DNA from: Anaerolineae bacterium
Lineage (GTDB): Bacteria > Chloroflexota > Anaerolineae > Promineifilales > Promineifilaceae
Length of the DNA: 64,000 bases
Direction: 5' to 3'
Assembly: GCA_023384355.1 (NCBI GenBank)
Contig: JAHDWL010000002.1
Coordinates: 159,667 to 223,666, forward strand
Below, piece after piece: positions 19,308-28,525 of the stretch (positions are counted from its first letter, which is position 1; each line of letters begins with the position of its first letter). The notes under the pieces are model-generated. The model was not told the origin of the DNA. It did no database searches and saw only the letters and a program-made list of their open reading frames with translations. The position numbers and the translations under genes are program-made.

Positions 19308-19829
19308 TTACCAACCCTCAATAAATTGGGCCCATTCCTGGTGCTGCTCCAGATGTGTGCCGAAACGGTAGGCGGCCGAGGGGCTTGGTTCAAAGGGCAT
19401 GCGGCTGAGTACCATGTCGGCCTCGGCAGCCAGCTTGCCCCCTTTGCGCCGGTTGCAGGGCGAACAGGCCGCCACCAGGTTTTCCCAGCTATGGGGGCCG
19501 CCGTAGCGGCGCGGCACGACGTGATCGAGCGTCAGCGTGCGCATCTTGCGGCCGCAATATTGACAGGTGTAGTCGTCGCGGCGCAATATTTCGCGCTTCG
19601 ACAGGGCGATGCGCGGTCGAGGTCGCCGGACCATGTGGCTTAATTTAATGACAGAGGGGATTTCAAACTGAGATGCAGCACTATGAATGGTCCCGCGACC
19701 ATTGATGACGATTTCGGCTTTTCCAGAGAGTACCAGAGCCAGAGCTCGCTTCGTGCTGCAAACGTGCATTGGTTCAAATGTCACGTTCAGGATGAGCACT
19801 GGCTCCTGCAATAGGCCATCGCTGCTCAT
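19308..19829 (-). CDS. HNH endonuclease family protein
   Basis: RRDDYTCQYCG...TLDHVVPRRYGGPHSWENLVAACSPCNRRKG. Confidence 0.9.
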   Translation of the reverse strand: MSSDGLLQEPVLILNVTFEPMHVCSTKRALALVLSGKAEIVINGRGTIHSAASQFEIPSVIKLSHMVRRPRPRIALSKREILRRDDYTCQYCGRKMRTLTLDHVVPRRYGGPHSWENLVAACSPCNRRKGGKLAAEADMVLSRMPFEPSPSAAYRFGTHLEQHQEWAQFIEGW

Positions 19830-19838
19830 ACGAACGGG

Positions 19839-19867
19839 AGTATAGCCGGATGGGCTTCAATCGTCAA
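19839..19867 (-). promoter_or_regulatory. Sigma70-type promoter of the HNH gene (leaderless or near-leaderless)
   Basis: Minus strand TTGACG-17 nt-TATACT, 9 nt before the ATG, with no SD. Confidence 0.6.
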
Positions 19868-19912
19868 TCGGCTTGTGTATGAGTGGTTTGTTCACCATTA
19901 AGCGAGGATATC

Positions 19913-21097
19913 ATGCAAGACGGACGCACCGCGTGGCTGCAGCAAGAAATCGATAATCTGAAATCGGCCGGTCTCTATAATCACATTCGCACCCTGGATT
20001 CGCCGATGGATGCCTGGGTGACCATCGACGGCCGTCGCCTGCTCAATTTTTGCGCCAACAACTATCTTGGCCTGGCCAATCATCCGCGTATAACCCAGGC
20101 GGCCCGGGACGGCATCGAAAATTATGGAGTTGGGCCGGGCGCTGTGCGCTCTATTGCCGGCACGACGTCGTTGCATGTCCAGCTGGAGCAGCGTCTGGCC
20201 GAATTTAAGAATGCCGAGGCGTGCATCACTTTTCAGAGCGGCTTCACGGCTAACCTGGCCACTATCCCTGCGCTGGTCGGTCCCGGCGATCTCATTTTCT
20301 CCGACGAATTGAACCACGCCAGTATCATCGACGGTTGCCGCTTGAGCCGGGCCGAAGTCGTTCGCTATGCCCACAACGATGTCGCCGATTTGCGGCGCGT
20401 TATCGCGGAACGAACTGATTACAAGCGGCGGCTGATCATCACCGATGGGGTCTTCAGCATGGACGGCGATATCGCCCCGCTGGACAAGATCGCCGGGGTG
20501 GCTGAGGAACACGGCATCATGCTCATGGTTGACGACGCCCACGGCGAGGGTGTGCTCGGTCGCGGCGGCCGCGGCATCGTGGATCATTTCGGCTTGCACG
20601 GTCGGGTCGACGTCGAGGTCGGGACGCTGAGCAAGGCGTTCGGTGTGGTCGGCGGCCTGGTGGCCGGCAAGGCCATCATCATTGAATGGTTGCGGCAGCG
20701 CGGCCGGCCTTTCCTGTTCAGCAGCGCCATGACCGCGCCGGATACGGCGGCTTGCATCGAGGCAGTGGCTATTCTGGGCGAGTCCACGGAATTGATCGAC
20801 CGCCTGTGGGCCAATGCTGAGCTGTTCCGCAAGGAGATGCAGGCGATGGGTTTCAACACCGGCTTTAGCCAAACGCCCATCGTGCCGGTGATGCTCGGCG
20901 AGGCGTCGCTGGCTCAGCAGTTCAGCCGTCGCCTGTTCGAGGAGGGCGTCTTTGCGATGGCGATCGGTTTCCCGACGGTGGCCAGGGGCAAGGCCCGCAT
21001 CCGCGTGATGAATTCGGCCGCCCACAACCTGGCCGACATCGAGATCGCCCTGGAGACGTTCAGTCGGGTAGGCCGGGAACTGGGTGTTATATCGTAA
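19913..21097 (+). CDS. kbl: Glycine C-acetyltransferase (AONS/KBL family, PLP-dependent)
   Basis: [56 protein letters not shown]. Confidence 0.88.
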   Translation: MQDGRTAWLQQEIDNLKSAGLYNHIRTLDSPMDAWVTIDGRRLLNFCANNYLGLANHPRITQAARDGIENYGVGPGAVRSIAGTTSLHVQLEQRLAEFKNAEACITFQSGFTANLATIPALVGPGDLIFSDELNHASIIDGCRLSRAEVVRYAHNDVADLRRVIAERTDYKRRLIITDGVFSMDGDIAPLDKIAGVAEEHGIMLMVDDAHGEGVLGRGGRGIVDHFGLHGRVDVEVGTLSKAFGVVGGLVAGKAIIIEWLRQRGRPFLFSSAMTAPDTAACIEAVAILGESTELIDRLWANAELFRKEMQAMGFNTGFSQTPIVPVMLGEASLAQQFSRRLFEEGVFAMAIGFPTVARGKARIRVMNSAAHNLADIEIALETFSRVGRELGVIS

Positions 21098-22496
21098 ACC
21101 GTTGCCCCAATTCGGGCACGATGACCTGGGGAAACCCGAGCTGGGAGCGCATCCGCTCGGCCAGGGCAAAGGCCGCCTCCGACTCGCCGTGCACGAGGAA
21201 TGTTTGGCGCGGTGGCTGGCTCAGATGTCCCGCCCACGCCAATAATTCGGAGCGGTCGGCGTGGCCGCTCATGCCGGTCAGGCTTTCCACGCGGGCGCGA
21301 ACATCGTAATCCTCACCGAAGATTTTAATGCGCTTGTGGCCGTCGAGAATGCGGCGGCCGAGCGTGTCCGGTGCCTGAAAGCCGGTGATGAGCACTGTGT
21401 TGCGGCTGTCTTCCACGTTGTTCTTCAGATGGTGGAGGATGCGGCCTGCCTCGGCCATTCCGCTGGCGCTGATGATGACGGACGGGCCTTTCAGGAAGTT
21501 AAGCGCCTTGGACTCCTGGGCAGAGCGCGTGTAGTGCATGAGCCTGAAGCCGAAGGGATCGTGATCGGGATCGGTCATCATGATCTCGGCCGTTTCCTCA
21601 TCATACGCTTCGGGGTGGGCACGGAAGATGCTGGTCGCGTCGATGGCCAGGGGACTATCGACGTAGACTGCCAAATCGGGGGGTAAATCCCCGGCCTCAA
21701 CGAGGTTATTCAGCCGGTAGACGAGTTCCTGTGTCCGTCCAATGGCGAACGCCGGCACGATTACCCTGCCGCCTTGTTTGACCGTGTCGCGGATGATGGC
21801 CTCGAGCGTCTCGTCTGTGTCCTGGTCTTCGGGATGTTCGCGATTACCGTAGGTGCTCTCCATAATGAGGATGTCGGCGCGATCCGGGAACGCCGGGTCG
21901 TTGAGTATGGGGCGGTTGGCGCGGCCGATATCACCGCTGAAGATCAGTCGCAGAGGTTGTCCGCCTTCCTTATCCTCGATGTCGAGGGCGACGAAGGCCG
22001 ACCCCAGCACATGGCCCGCGTCGTGGAAAGTTAGAGTGATGCCGGGCGCGACCTGATAGGGACGCTCATAGCCGACACCCAGAAACAGTTTCAGGCTGGC
22101 CAGCGCGTCGGCCATGGTGTAGATCGGCTCCAATGGTGGCAGGTCCTGCCGGCGACGCTTTTTGTTCAGGTATTCCATGTCGAACTCCTGAATCTTTGCG
22201 CTGTCGCGCAGCATGATGTTGCACAGGTCGCGTGTGGCGAAGGTTGAGATGATATCCCCATTAAAACCGCTGCGTACCAGGTTGGGGATATTGCCGCTGT
22301 GGTCGATGTGGGCGTGGGACAGGATCAGCACGTCGATGGAGCGGGCGTCAAAGGGCAGATGACGATTACGGTCCTTGCTCTCCTGACGCGGCCCCTGATA
22401 GAGTCCGCAATCGAGCAGGATGCGATAGCCGTTAACATCGAGCAAGTGCTGTGATCCGGTGACCGTTCGCGCCGCGCCAAAAAATGTAATATCCAC
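21087..22496 (-). CDS. MBL-fold beta-CASP ribonuclease (RNA-metabolising metallo-hydrolase)
   Basis: [38 protein letters not shown]. Confidence 0.9.
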   Translation of the reverse strand: MDITFFGAARTVTGSQHLLDVNGYRILLDCGLYQGPRQESKDRNRHLPFDARSIDVLILSHAHIDHSGNIPNLVRSGFNGDIISTFATRDLCNIMLRDSAKIQEFDMEYLNKKRRRQDLPPLEPIYTMADALASLKLFLGVGYERPYQVAPGITLTFHDAGHVLGSAFVALDIEDKEGGQPLRLIFSGDIGRANRPILNDPAFPDRADILIMESTYGNREHPEDQDTDETLEAIIRDTVKQGGRVIVPAFAIGRTQELVYRLNNLVEAGDLPPDLAVYVDSPLAIDATSIFRAHPEAYDEETAEIMMTDPDHDPFGFRLMHYTRSAQESKALNFLKGPSVIISASGMAEAGRILHHLKNNVEDSRNTVLITGFQAPDTLGRRILDGHKRIKIFGEDYDVRARVESLTGMSGHADRSELLAWAGHLSQPPRQTFLVHGESEAAFALAERMRSQLGFPQVIVPELGQRFTI

Positions 22497-22546
22497 TGTT
22501 CAGTCCTCCACATACCTGCCCGAATTGACGGCCAGGCCCAAATTCA

Positions 22547-23719
22547 TCAAAGGGCGTTCAAAATTTCATCCCCGTAAGTTGCCAATCGCCAGGGGCCGAG
22601 CACATCGAGGGCTTCCAGCTCATTCATCGACCGCGGGTTGGCCTGGGCGATGGCCCATAAAGATTCACGCCCGGCGATGACATCGGACTCCACGCCACGG
22701 GCCTGGGCGCGCGTCTTGCGCCAGCGATGCAGCCGGTCATAGCGGTTCAGGACGCTGTCGGGCGGCCGCGGCGACCGTTTGGGCGGTTGCGGTCGCTCGG
22801 CCTCGCGCGCGCCGGCGATCAGGTCAAGTATCGCCTCGCCGTAGCGTTGCTGCTGTCCGTCGGACATGCCGTGGATGTCGTCGAGTTCGGCCATGCGTGA
22901 CGGCATTCCGGCGGCCAATTCCAGTAGCGTCCGATCGCTGACTACCTTGAAATGGGGGATATTGCGCCGTTTGGCCTCGCGGTCGCGGTATAGATACAGC
23001 GCTTGCAAGGCGGTCTGCTGATCGGGGGATAAATCAAACGCACCGTTGATGTTCCAGAAACCGTCGGGGTCGAAGCCGTTGTTGGGCAACCTGACGCGCG
23101 ATTGCTCCCGGAAGATTTCCGCGGCCTCGGCCGCGTGCCCGCCGGCCTCGATCTCAGCCATCAGGATATCGCGCAGCGACAGCAGGTAGTGGGTGTCTTT
23201 CTGGGCGTAGGACAGCTCAGCCGGCGAGAGGGGGCGCTTGCACCAGTTGGCCTTTTGGAAGCGCTTGCTGGTCGTGACGTTGAAGAATTTCTCCAGCAGG
23301 CTGGCCAATCCCATCTGGGCATAGCCCAGGATGCGCACCGCCCACATGGTGTCGAACAGATTGTTCAATTGCCAGCCGTAATCGCGTCGCATCAGGATTA
23401 GGTCATATTCAGCCGCGTGGAAGACCTTCTCGACCGCCGGGTCGGCGATGATCTGGCCCAGGCCGGCCAGATCGATGCGTCGGGTCGGGTCGATGATGTA
23501 GTCAAAATTGGCGGTTGAAACCTGGATCAGGCAGGCACGTTCCTGATAGGCGAACATGCTGTTAGCCTCCAGGTCGATGGCCAGGCGGGGGGCAACCCGC
23601 AGTTCGCGCAGGCAATCCTGCCAGGCGGATTGATTGGCGACGTAGTGGAACGGGCCGAGCGCCGCCGGTTTGCCGGTTTGATCGGTGTGAAGCGGCCGGT
23701 TATCGTTGCCCGACGTCAT
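22547..23719 (-). CDS. rnd: Ribonuclease D (DEDDy 3'-5' exonuclease + HRDC domains)
   Basis: AIDLEANS, VFHAAEYD, LFDTMWA, KANWCKRPL, YAQKDTHYL, two HRDC-like repeats; start moved to ATG 23719. Confidence 0.88.
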   Translation of the reverse strand: MTSGNDNRPLHTDQTGKPAALGPFHYVANQSAWQDCLRELRVAPRLAIDLEANSMFAYQERACLIQVSTANFDYIIDPTRRIDLAGLGQIIADPAVEKVFHAAEYDLILMRRDYGWQLNNLFDTMWAVRILGYAQMGLASLLEKFFNVTTSKRFQKANWCKRPLSPAELSYAQKDTHYLLSLRDILMAEIEAGGHAAEAAEIFREQSRVRLPNNGFDPDGFWNINGAFDLSPDQQTALQALYLYRDREAKRRNIPHFKVVSDRTLLELAAGMPSRMAELDDIHGMSDGQQQRYGEAILDLIAGAREAERPQPPKRSPRPPDSVLNRYDRLHRWRKTRAQARGVESDVIAGRESLWAIAQANPRSMNELEALDVLGPWRLATYGDEILNAL

Positions 23720-24662
23720 ATTGCTGATACCACTCCCAAAATTGCCGCACGCCTTCGTCGACCGAGACGGAAGGATTAAAGTCGAGCAATCGCCGGGCCT
23801 TGCTGATATCGGCCTCGTTGCGGGCAAAGTCGGCGGCCAGCCGCGGGGTCGGGACAACGTTGGCCTTGCGGCCGCTCAGTTGTTCCATGATCTCCACAAA
23901 GTGTCGCAGGAGAACCGGCTCGCCGCGGCCGAGGTTGATGATCTCGTAACCCAACGGGCGGTCGATGGCCGCTATGACGCCGTTGACGGTGTCATCAACG
24001 AAAGTCCAGTCGCGGTACATATGACCGTTGTCGTAGAGGGGGATCTCCTTGCCCTTCATGATGCTGTCGGCCAGCAGGTAAGCCATCATGTCCGGGCGGC
24101 CGTTGGGACCATAGACGGTGAAGAAGCGCAGCACAGTGAAGTTCAGACTGAACAGGTGGTGATAGCTGAAGCCTAGAATCTCGGCCGCGCGTTTGGCGGC
24201 GGCATAGGGTTGTAGCGGCCGGTCGCAGGGATCCGTCTCGATGAAGGGGATTTGCGTCGTATTGCCATAGACGGAGGACGTGGAGGCGAAGACGAAATTG
24301 CGGACACCGCCGGCCGCCCGCGCCGCGTCGAGCAGGTTTTGCGTGCCGTTCAGATTGACGTTGACGTACAAATCCGGATGGGTGACGGCATTGCGAACGC
24401 CGGCCATGGCCGCCAGGTGGGCGACGGCGTCTATTTTCTCCGTCGCGAATAGCTCGAACATCCGTTCCCGGTCGCGGATATCCGCCTCCACCATGCGGAA
24501 GTTCGGATAGGCGGCGAGTCGCCGCTCGTTGGCTCGCTTGCGCGCGGGAGCGTAATAATCGTTGAAATTATCGAGGCCGATGACCGTGTCACCGCGCCGG
24601 CATAGCTGTTCGGCAAGATGGCTGCCTATGAAACCGGCTGCGCCGGTGACTAAAAGGCTCAT
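23700..24662 (-). CDS. NAD-dependent epimerase/dehydratase (UDP-glucuronate 4-epimerase-like)
   Basis: TGAAGFIG, AHLAAMAGVR, FASTSSVYG, YAAAK, RFFTVYGP, RDWTFVDD. Confidence 0.9.
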   Translation of the reverse strand: MSLLVTGAAGFIGSHLAEQLCRRGDTVIGLDNFNDYYAPARKRANERRLAAYPNFRMVEADIRDRERMFELFATEKIDAVAHLAAMAGVRNAVTHPDLYVNVNLNGTQNLLDAARAAGGVRNFVFASTSSVYGNTTQIPFIETDPCDRPLQPYAAAKRAAEILGFSYHHLFSLNFTVLRFFTVYGPNGRPDMMAYLLADSIMKGKEIPLYDNGHMYRDWTFVDDTVNGVIAAIDRPLGYEIINLGRGEPVLLRHFVEIMEQLSGRKANVVPTPRLAADFARNEADISKARRLLDFNPSVSVDEGVRQFWEWYQQYDVGQR

Positions 24663-26440
24663 GTGGCAACGCTCTCTTCCTGTTGGGCAGGGCGGATATC
24701 CTCGACGACAAGCTGGAGGGTTGAGTTGCCCTGCCATTGGTTGACGCTGACGCGGTAGATCATGTCGATGTAGCGGGGCATCGAGCCGGCCCACTCGCCC
24801 TGGCGAAAGGCGATGGCCGGGAAGGCTTGCGCCGGCCGTCCGATTGCGCCGGCATAACGGCCCCCGCCGTTGCGACGAGGATCGATGACCTGGAGCTGAA
24901 GGTGGCTGCCGTCGGAGCCGACAGGTCGGTGGCTGACAACCTCCACGCCGCGGCTAAGCAAATAAGGCTGGGGGTTCATCGTTCCGGTCGGCTCCAGTTG
25001 CTCCAGCGTAGCCTGCAAGGCCCAGTCGATATCGCTCAGGGGCATGGTGGCGTCGACGGAGATGCTCGGTCGCAGGTCCTGACCGGCCAGACGCTCGGCG
25101 GCGATCACGGTCAGGCGCTCGATGAACTCCGGCACGTGTTCGTTGCGGATGGTGAAGCCGGCCGCCTGGGCGTGACCACCATGGCGCACGAGCAGATCAG
25201 CCACCTCGTCGAGCGCCCTGGTGATATGAAATTCGGGGATGGAGCGGCAGGAACCCCGGCTCTCCTCTTCTCCACGCTCCATGACGATGGCCGGCCGGTA
25301 TGATTTCTCGGCAAGCCGGCTGGCGACCAGACCGACGATGCCCGATTTAAATTCGGGACTGCCGGCGATGATGATGGGCGCGTCCGGATCGACCATCTGC
25401 TCGGCCAGCGCGCTGAGCTGACGGGTCAGGGACTGGCGTTTGCGGTTTAATTCGTCCAGCAACCGCGCCTGATCCTGGGCGCTTCCGGAGTCGGGAGCGA
25501 TGAGCAGGCGGGCAGCATCGTAGGCGTGGGCCAGCCGGCCGGCGGCGTTGATGCGCGGCCCCAGGGCGAAGCCGATACTTTCGGCCGTCATGTGTCCCGG
25601 CTGCAAGCCGCTGACGTTCATCAGGGCGGCAATCCCCGGCCGGCGCACTTCGTTGAGGACGGCCAACCCCTCAGCCACCAGTTTGCGGTTCTCGCCTACA
25701 AGCGGGGCCAGGTCGGCCACCGTGCCGATGGCGACCAGGTCCAGATAGTCCGATTCATCCGCCGTTACCCTGTCGGGGAACGCCTGCCGCAGCGCCTGCG
25801 CCAGCTTGAAGGCGATGCCGACCCCGGCCAGCATGCGTTCCGGGTATTGTGAGTCGGGGCGCTTGGGGTTGATGATCGCCGTGGCCGGTGGCAATTCGTA
25901 ACCGAGGCTATGATGGTCAGTGATAATCATGTCCAGGCCCATGGCGCGGGCATGGGCGGCCTCGACCGGGGAGCGGATGCCGCAATCGACACTGATGACG
26001 AGACTCGCCCCCTTTTGCCGCAGGGACGTTAGCGCCTCCATGTTCAGGCCGTATCCCTCATCAACCCGGTCGGGAATATAGGGAACGATGAGACGGCGAT
26101 CGTCGACCATATCCCGCAACGCTTCCGTCAGCAGTACCGTGGAAGTGACCCCATCGGCGTCAAAGTCGCCATAGACGACGATGGTCTCGTTGTCGCGCAG
26201 CGCGCGGCCGATGCGTTCGACAGCCCGGTCCATGTCGGCCAGAAGATAGGGATCGCGCGAGGGCAGGTAATGATTGGCCAGAAAGGCCTGTATCTGGCCC
26301 GGCTGCGTGAGGCCGCGGTTGTGCAGAATCCGCCGCAATACGGGATGTACCGCGTCATCGGCCGTCCATAAGGACGAATCGTCGGGGATTTCGGGCGCGA
26401 CGAGCCAATGGTACTCGCGCAAGGATGACGGCCGTTTCAT
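24659..26440 (-). CDS. recJ: Single-stranded-DNA-specific exonuclease RecJ
   Basis: YGDFDADG, GYGLN, SVDCG, ITDHH (DHH), GTVADL, GPRINAAGRL, GGHAQAAG. Confidence 0.95.
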   Translation of the reverse strand: MKRPSSLREYHWLVAPEIPDDSSLWTADDAVHPVLRRILHNRGLTQPGQIQAFLANHYLPSRDPYLLADMDRAVERIGRALRDNETIVVYGDFDADGVTSTVLLTEALRDMVDDRRLIVPYIPDRVDEGYGLNMEALTSLRQKGASLVISVDCGIRSPVEAAHARAMGLDMIITDHHSLGYELPPATAIINPKRPDSQYPERMLAGVGIAFKLAQALRQAFPDRVTADESDYLDLVAIGTVADLAPLVGENRKLVAEGLAVLNEVRRPGIAALMNVSGLQPGHMTAESIGFALGPRINAAGRLAHAYDAARLLIAPDSGSAQDQARLLDELNRKRQSLTRQLSALAEQMVDPDAPIIIAGSPEFKSGIVGLVASRLAEKSYRPAIVMERGEEESRGSCRSIPEFHITRALDEVADLLVRHGGHAQAAGFTIRNEHVPEFIERLTVIAAERLAGQDLRPSISVDATMPLSDIDWALQATLEQLEPTGTMNPQPYLLSRGVEVVSHRPVGSDGSHLQLQVIDPRRNGGGRYAGAIGRPAQAFPAIAFRQGEWAGSMPRYIDMIYRVSVNQWQGNSTLQLVVEDIRPAQQEESVAT

Positions 26441-26573
26441 AGCAGGGGGAATAGTAGCACGGAGGGCGCCGATCCTCAAGCAGGCGGGTCGTCGTGAGAT
26501 ATGACATCTATATTTGGATTATCAGCGCGCATGTGATTATACTCTCTCCAAGGAACAGGCGATCCAGGCATAT

Positions 26574-27500
26574 ATGAGCGATTTGACTCCCCCACCACAA
26601 CAAGCCCCGATTGGGCGCGTACAGCAGGCGACGGCCGAGTTCCTGCCGACGGTCAAATTGTTGAGTCGCCTGACGCTGCGCTCCTTCCAGGATGCACTGG
26701 CCCCGGAATCCCAACTTGTCGCTTCCTCCATCGGTTATTACACGCTGTTCTCCGTCTTCCCGCTGGCGTTGCTCGTAGTCGCCATCGCCAGTAACTGGCT
26801 GGACCCGTTGCTGGCCGAGACGCGGATCGTCGCTGAGCTGGAGTTCATCGTGCCCGGCCTCGAATCGTTGCTGGGCGAGAATTTACAAAACCTGGTTCGA
26901 GCACGAGGCCCAATCACCGGCGTGGCGGCGCTCATGCTGCTCTGGTCAGCGTCGAGCGTCTTCAACGTCATCACCCGGACGATGGATCGCATCTGGGGGG
27001 CCGATATCAACCATCGCCGGTCGGTCTGGCGTCACCGGACGCTGGCCGTCGTGATGGTCCTCATCGTCACGACCTTGTTGCTCATCGCCTCCACCATAGA
27101 GGGGACGGTATTGACGATCATCAACAGCCTGCTCCCCGACGCGCTGGCCGGCTTCGGGCCGTACACCACGAGATTCTGGGCTGTTTTCATCAATTTCCTC
27201 CTCTTTTCCCTGCTTTATTATTTTATTCCTCACGTGAAAGTCGGCTGGCGGGAGGTTCTGCCTGGGGCCGTCCTGGCCGGCATCCTCTGGCAGATTGCGA
27301 AGCAATTGTTTCTGTATTTTGTGGCCAATTACCTCTCGCGCTCGAACCTCATTTATGGCTCGGTAGGGACGATCATCGCCTTTCTGACGTGGACTTACTT
27401 CAGCAGCCTGGTGCTCCTCATCGGCGCGTATCTGAATCGCCATGTCGCGGCATCCCGTCAGGCGACAGCAGTCGCAGTCTTCGAATCGCCCGCCGGCTAA
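26574..27500 (+). CDS. YihY/virulence factor BrkB family membrane protein
   Basis: SIGYYTLFSVFP, LLWSAS, LYYFIP, YGSVGTIIAFLTWTYFS..VLLIGA. Confidence 0.88.
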   Translation: MSDLTPPPQQAPIGRVQQATAEFLPTVKLLSRLTLRSFQDALAPESQLVASSIGYYTLFSVFPLALLVVAIASNWLDPLLAETRIVAELEFIVPGLESLLGENLQNLVRARGPITGVAALMLLWSASSVFNVITRTMDRIWGADINHRRSVWRHRTLAVVMVLIVTTLLLIASTIEGTVLTIINSLLPDALAGFGPYTTRFWAVFINFLLFSLLYYFIPHVKVGWREVLPGAVLAGILWQIAKQLFLYFVANYLSRSNLIYGSVGTIIAFLTWTYFSSLVLLIGAYLNRHVAASRQATAVAVFESPAG

Positions 27501-27506
27501 ACGTCC

Positions 27507-27534
27507 TTGACGCGGCATGAGAAATAAATATAAT
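27507..27534 (+). promoter_or_regulatory. Sigma70-type promoter giving a leaderless transcript for the Cas4-like N-half gene
   Basis: TTGACG (27507-12)-16 nt-TATAAT (27529-34); ATG at 27542. Confidence 0.65.
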
Positions 27535-27541
27535 AGAACAT

Positions 27542-27781
27542 ATGAGCGATCGTTGGATTAAGGCCAGTGAGATTAGCGAATATGTCTATTGCCGCCGGTC
27601 GTGGTGGTTGCGGCGCATGCGCGCTGTCCCTTCCTCAAACGTGGCGAAGATGCAGGCGGGAACGAAATACCACGAACGACACGGCCGCCTGCTGGAGACT
27701 TCGGCATGGCTGCGCCGGTTGGCTTATGCCGCCATTTTTTGCGCGATGGCCTTGCTTGTCTACCAGATATTGTCAGGTTAG
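27542..27781 (+). CDS. Cas4-like nuclease N-terminal half with C-terminal TM helix (79 aa)
   Basis: IKASEISEYVYC17RRSWWL (Cas4 N-terminal Cys motif), G40-TKY-H44, then LAYAAIFCAMALLVYQIL helix. Confidence 0.7.
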   Translation: MSDRWIKASEISEYVYCRRSWWLRRMRAVPSSNVAKMQAGTKYHERHGRLLETSAWLRRLAYAAIFCAMALLVYQILSG

Positions 27782-27864
27782 GCGCGCTGGATTGACCGAC
27801 CAGCGTCGAAGCGAAAGGATAACGCTGGACGCCGGCTGACCGGTTGCCTGGAGAAGTTAAAACC

Positions 27865-28398
27865 ATGATGATGAGTGGCTTGCCGTTGATACTGGTGCTG
27901 GGGTTGCTGTTTTTGGCTGCCCTGTTCTGGTTTCGCGGACGTAACCTGCGCGAGGAGAGCGGCTTGCCCGCCGGAAATGTCATCTACACTGACACCGGCA
28001 CCTGGCGAGCCAACAGCGCAGTGTTACACGCCGCTCACCTGCGTTTGGCCGGCAAGCCGGATTACCTGGTGGAACAGCGGGACGGGTCAATCATCCCGGT
28101 CGAGATCAAGTCCAGCCTCGCTCCGAACTCTCCCTGGGATGGTCAGGTGCTCCAGTTAGCCGCCTATTGCGCGCTGGTCGAGACGAACTACGGCGTGCGG
28201 CCGCCATACGGGATTCTCCAATACAAGGACCGCGCTTTCGCCGTCGATTTCACCGATGATCTGGAAGCTGACCTGCTCGATCTGCTGGACGAAATGCGCC
28301 AGACTAGCGCAGACCCTGACCCCGAACCCGATCACGGCGATCGGCGGCGCTGCCTGGCCTGCGGTGTCCGCGAGGCCTGCGGCCGCCGGCTGGCCTGA
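27865..28398 (+). CDS. Cas4/Dna2-like PD-(D/E)xK nuclease, C-terminal half, with N-terminal TM anchor (177 aa)
   Basis: RBS GGAGAAG; TM LPLILVLGLLFLAALFWF; GKPD66, E80-I-K82, QLAAY, C-terminal C-x2-C-x5-C. Confidence 0.85.
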   Translation: MMMSGLPLILVLGLLFLAALFWFRGRNLREESGLPAGNVIYTDTGTWRANSAVLHAAHLRLAGKPDYLVEQRDGSIIPVEIKSSLAPNSPWDGQVLQLAAYCALVETNYGVRPPYGILQYKDRAFAVDFTDDLEADLLDLLDEMRQTSADPDPEPDHGDRRRCLACGVREACGRRLA

Positions 28399-28525
28399 AC
28401 GCTCCCGGCCTGAGGGAGCGCGAAACCTCACCCGCCCGTTTCAAAATCCCCTTTTCCCGGTATAATTAAGCGATTAAATTGTCGACGGGCGGCCTGATCG
28501 GTCGCCTGCCATTGTGGAGGCTGCA

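Noticed and set aside
19308-19829. HNH gene as a mobile homing endonuclease or restriction system
   Set aside because: No intron, intein, methyltransferase partner or flanking repeats; looks like the widespread stand-alone chromosomal HNH family.
19898-21169. 423-aa minus-strand ORF opposite kbl, and similar shadows opposite recN, rpsA, priA, pfk and the ABC genes
   Set aside because: Fully overlap confidently identified genes; expected from high GC3.
27779-27865. Single Cas4 gene broken by a frameshift or sequencing error
   Set aside because: ORF1 ends in a clean TAG right after its TM helix, and ORF2 has its own RBS 83 nt later. The intervening DNA is hairpin-forming and does not look coding. 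Judged less likely than two genes, but not excluded without resequencing.
27400-28520. CRISPR-Cas locus suggested by the Cas4-like genes
   Set aside because: No repeat-spacer array and no cas1, cas2 or effector genes anywhere in the window.
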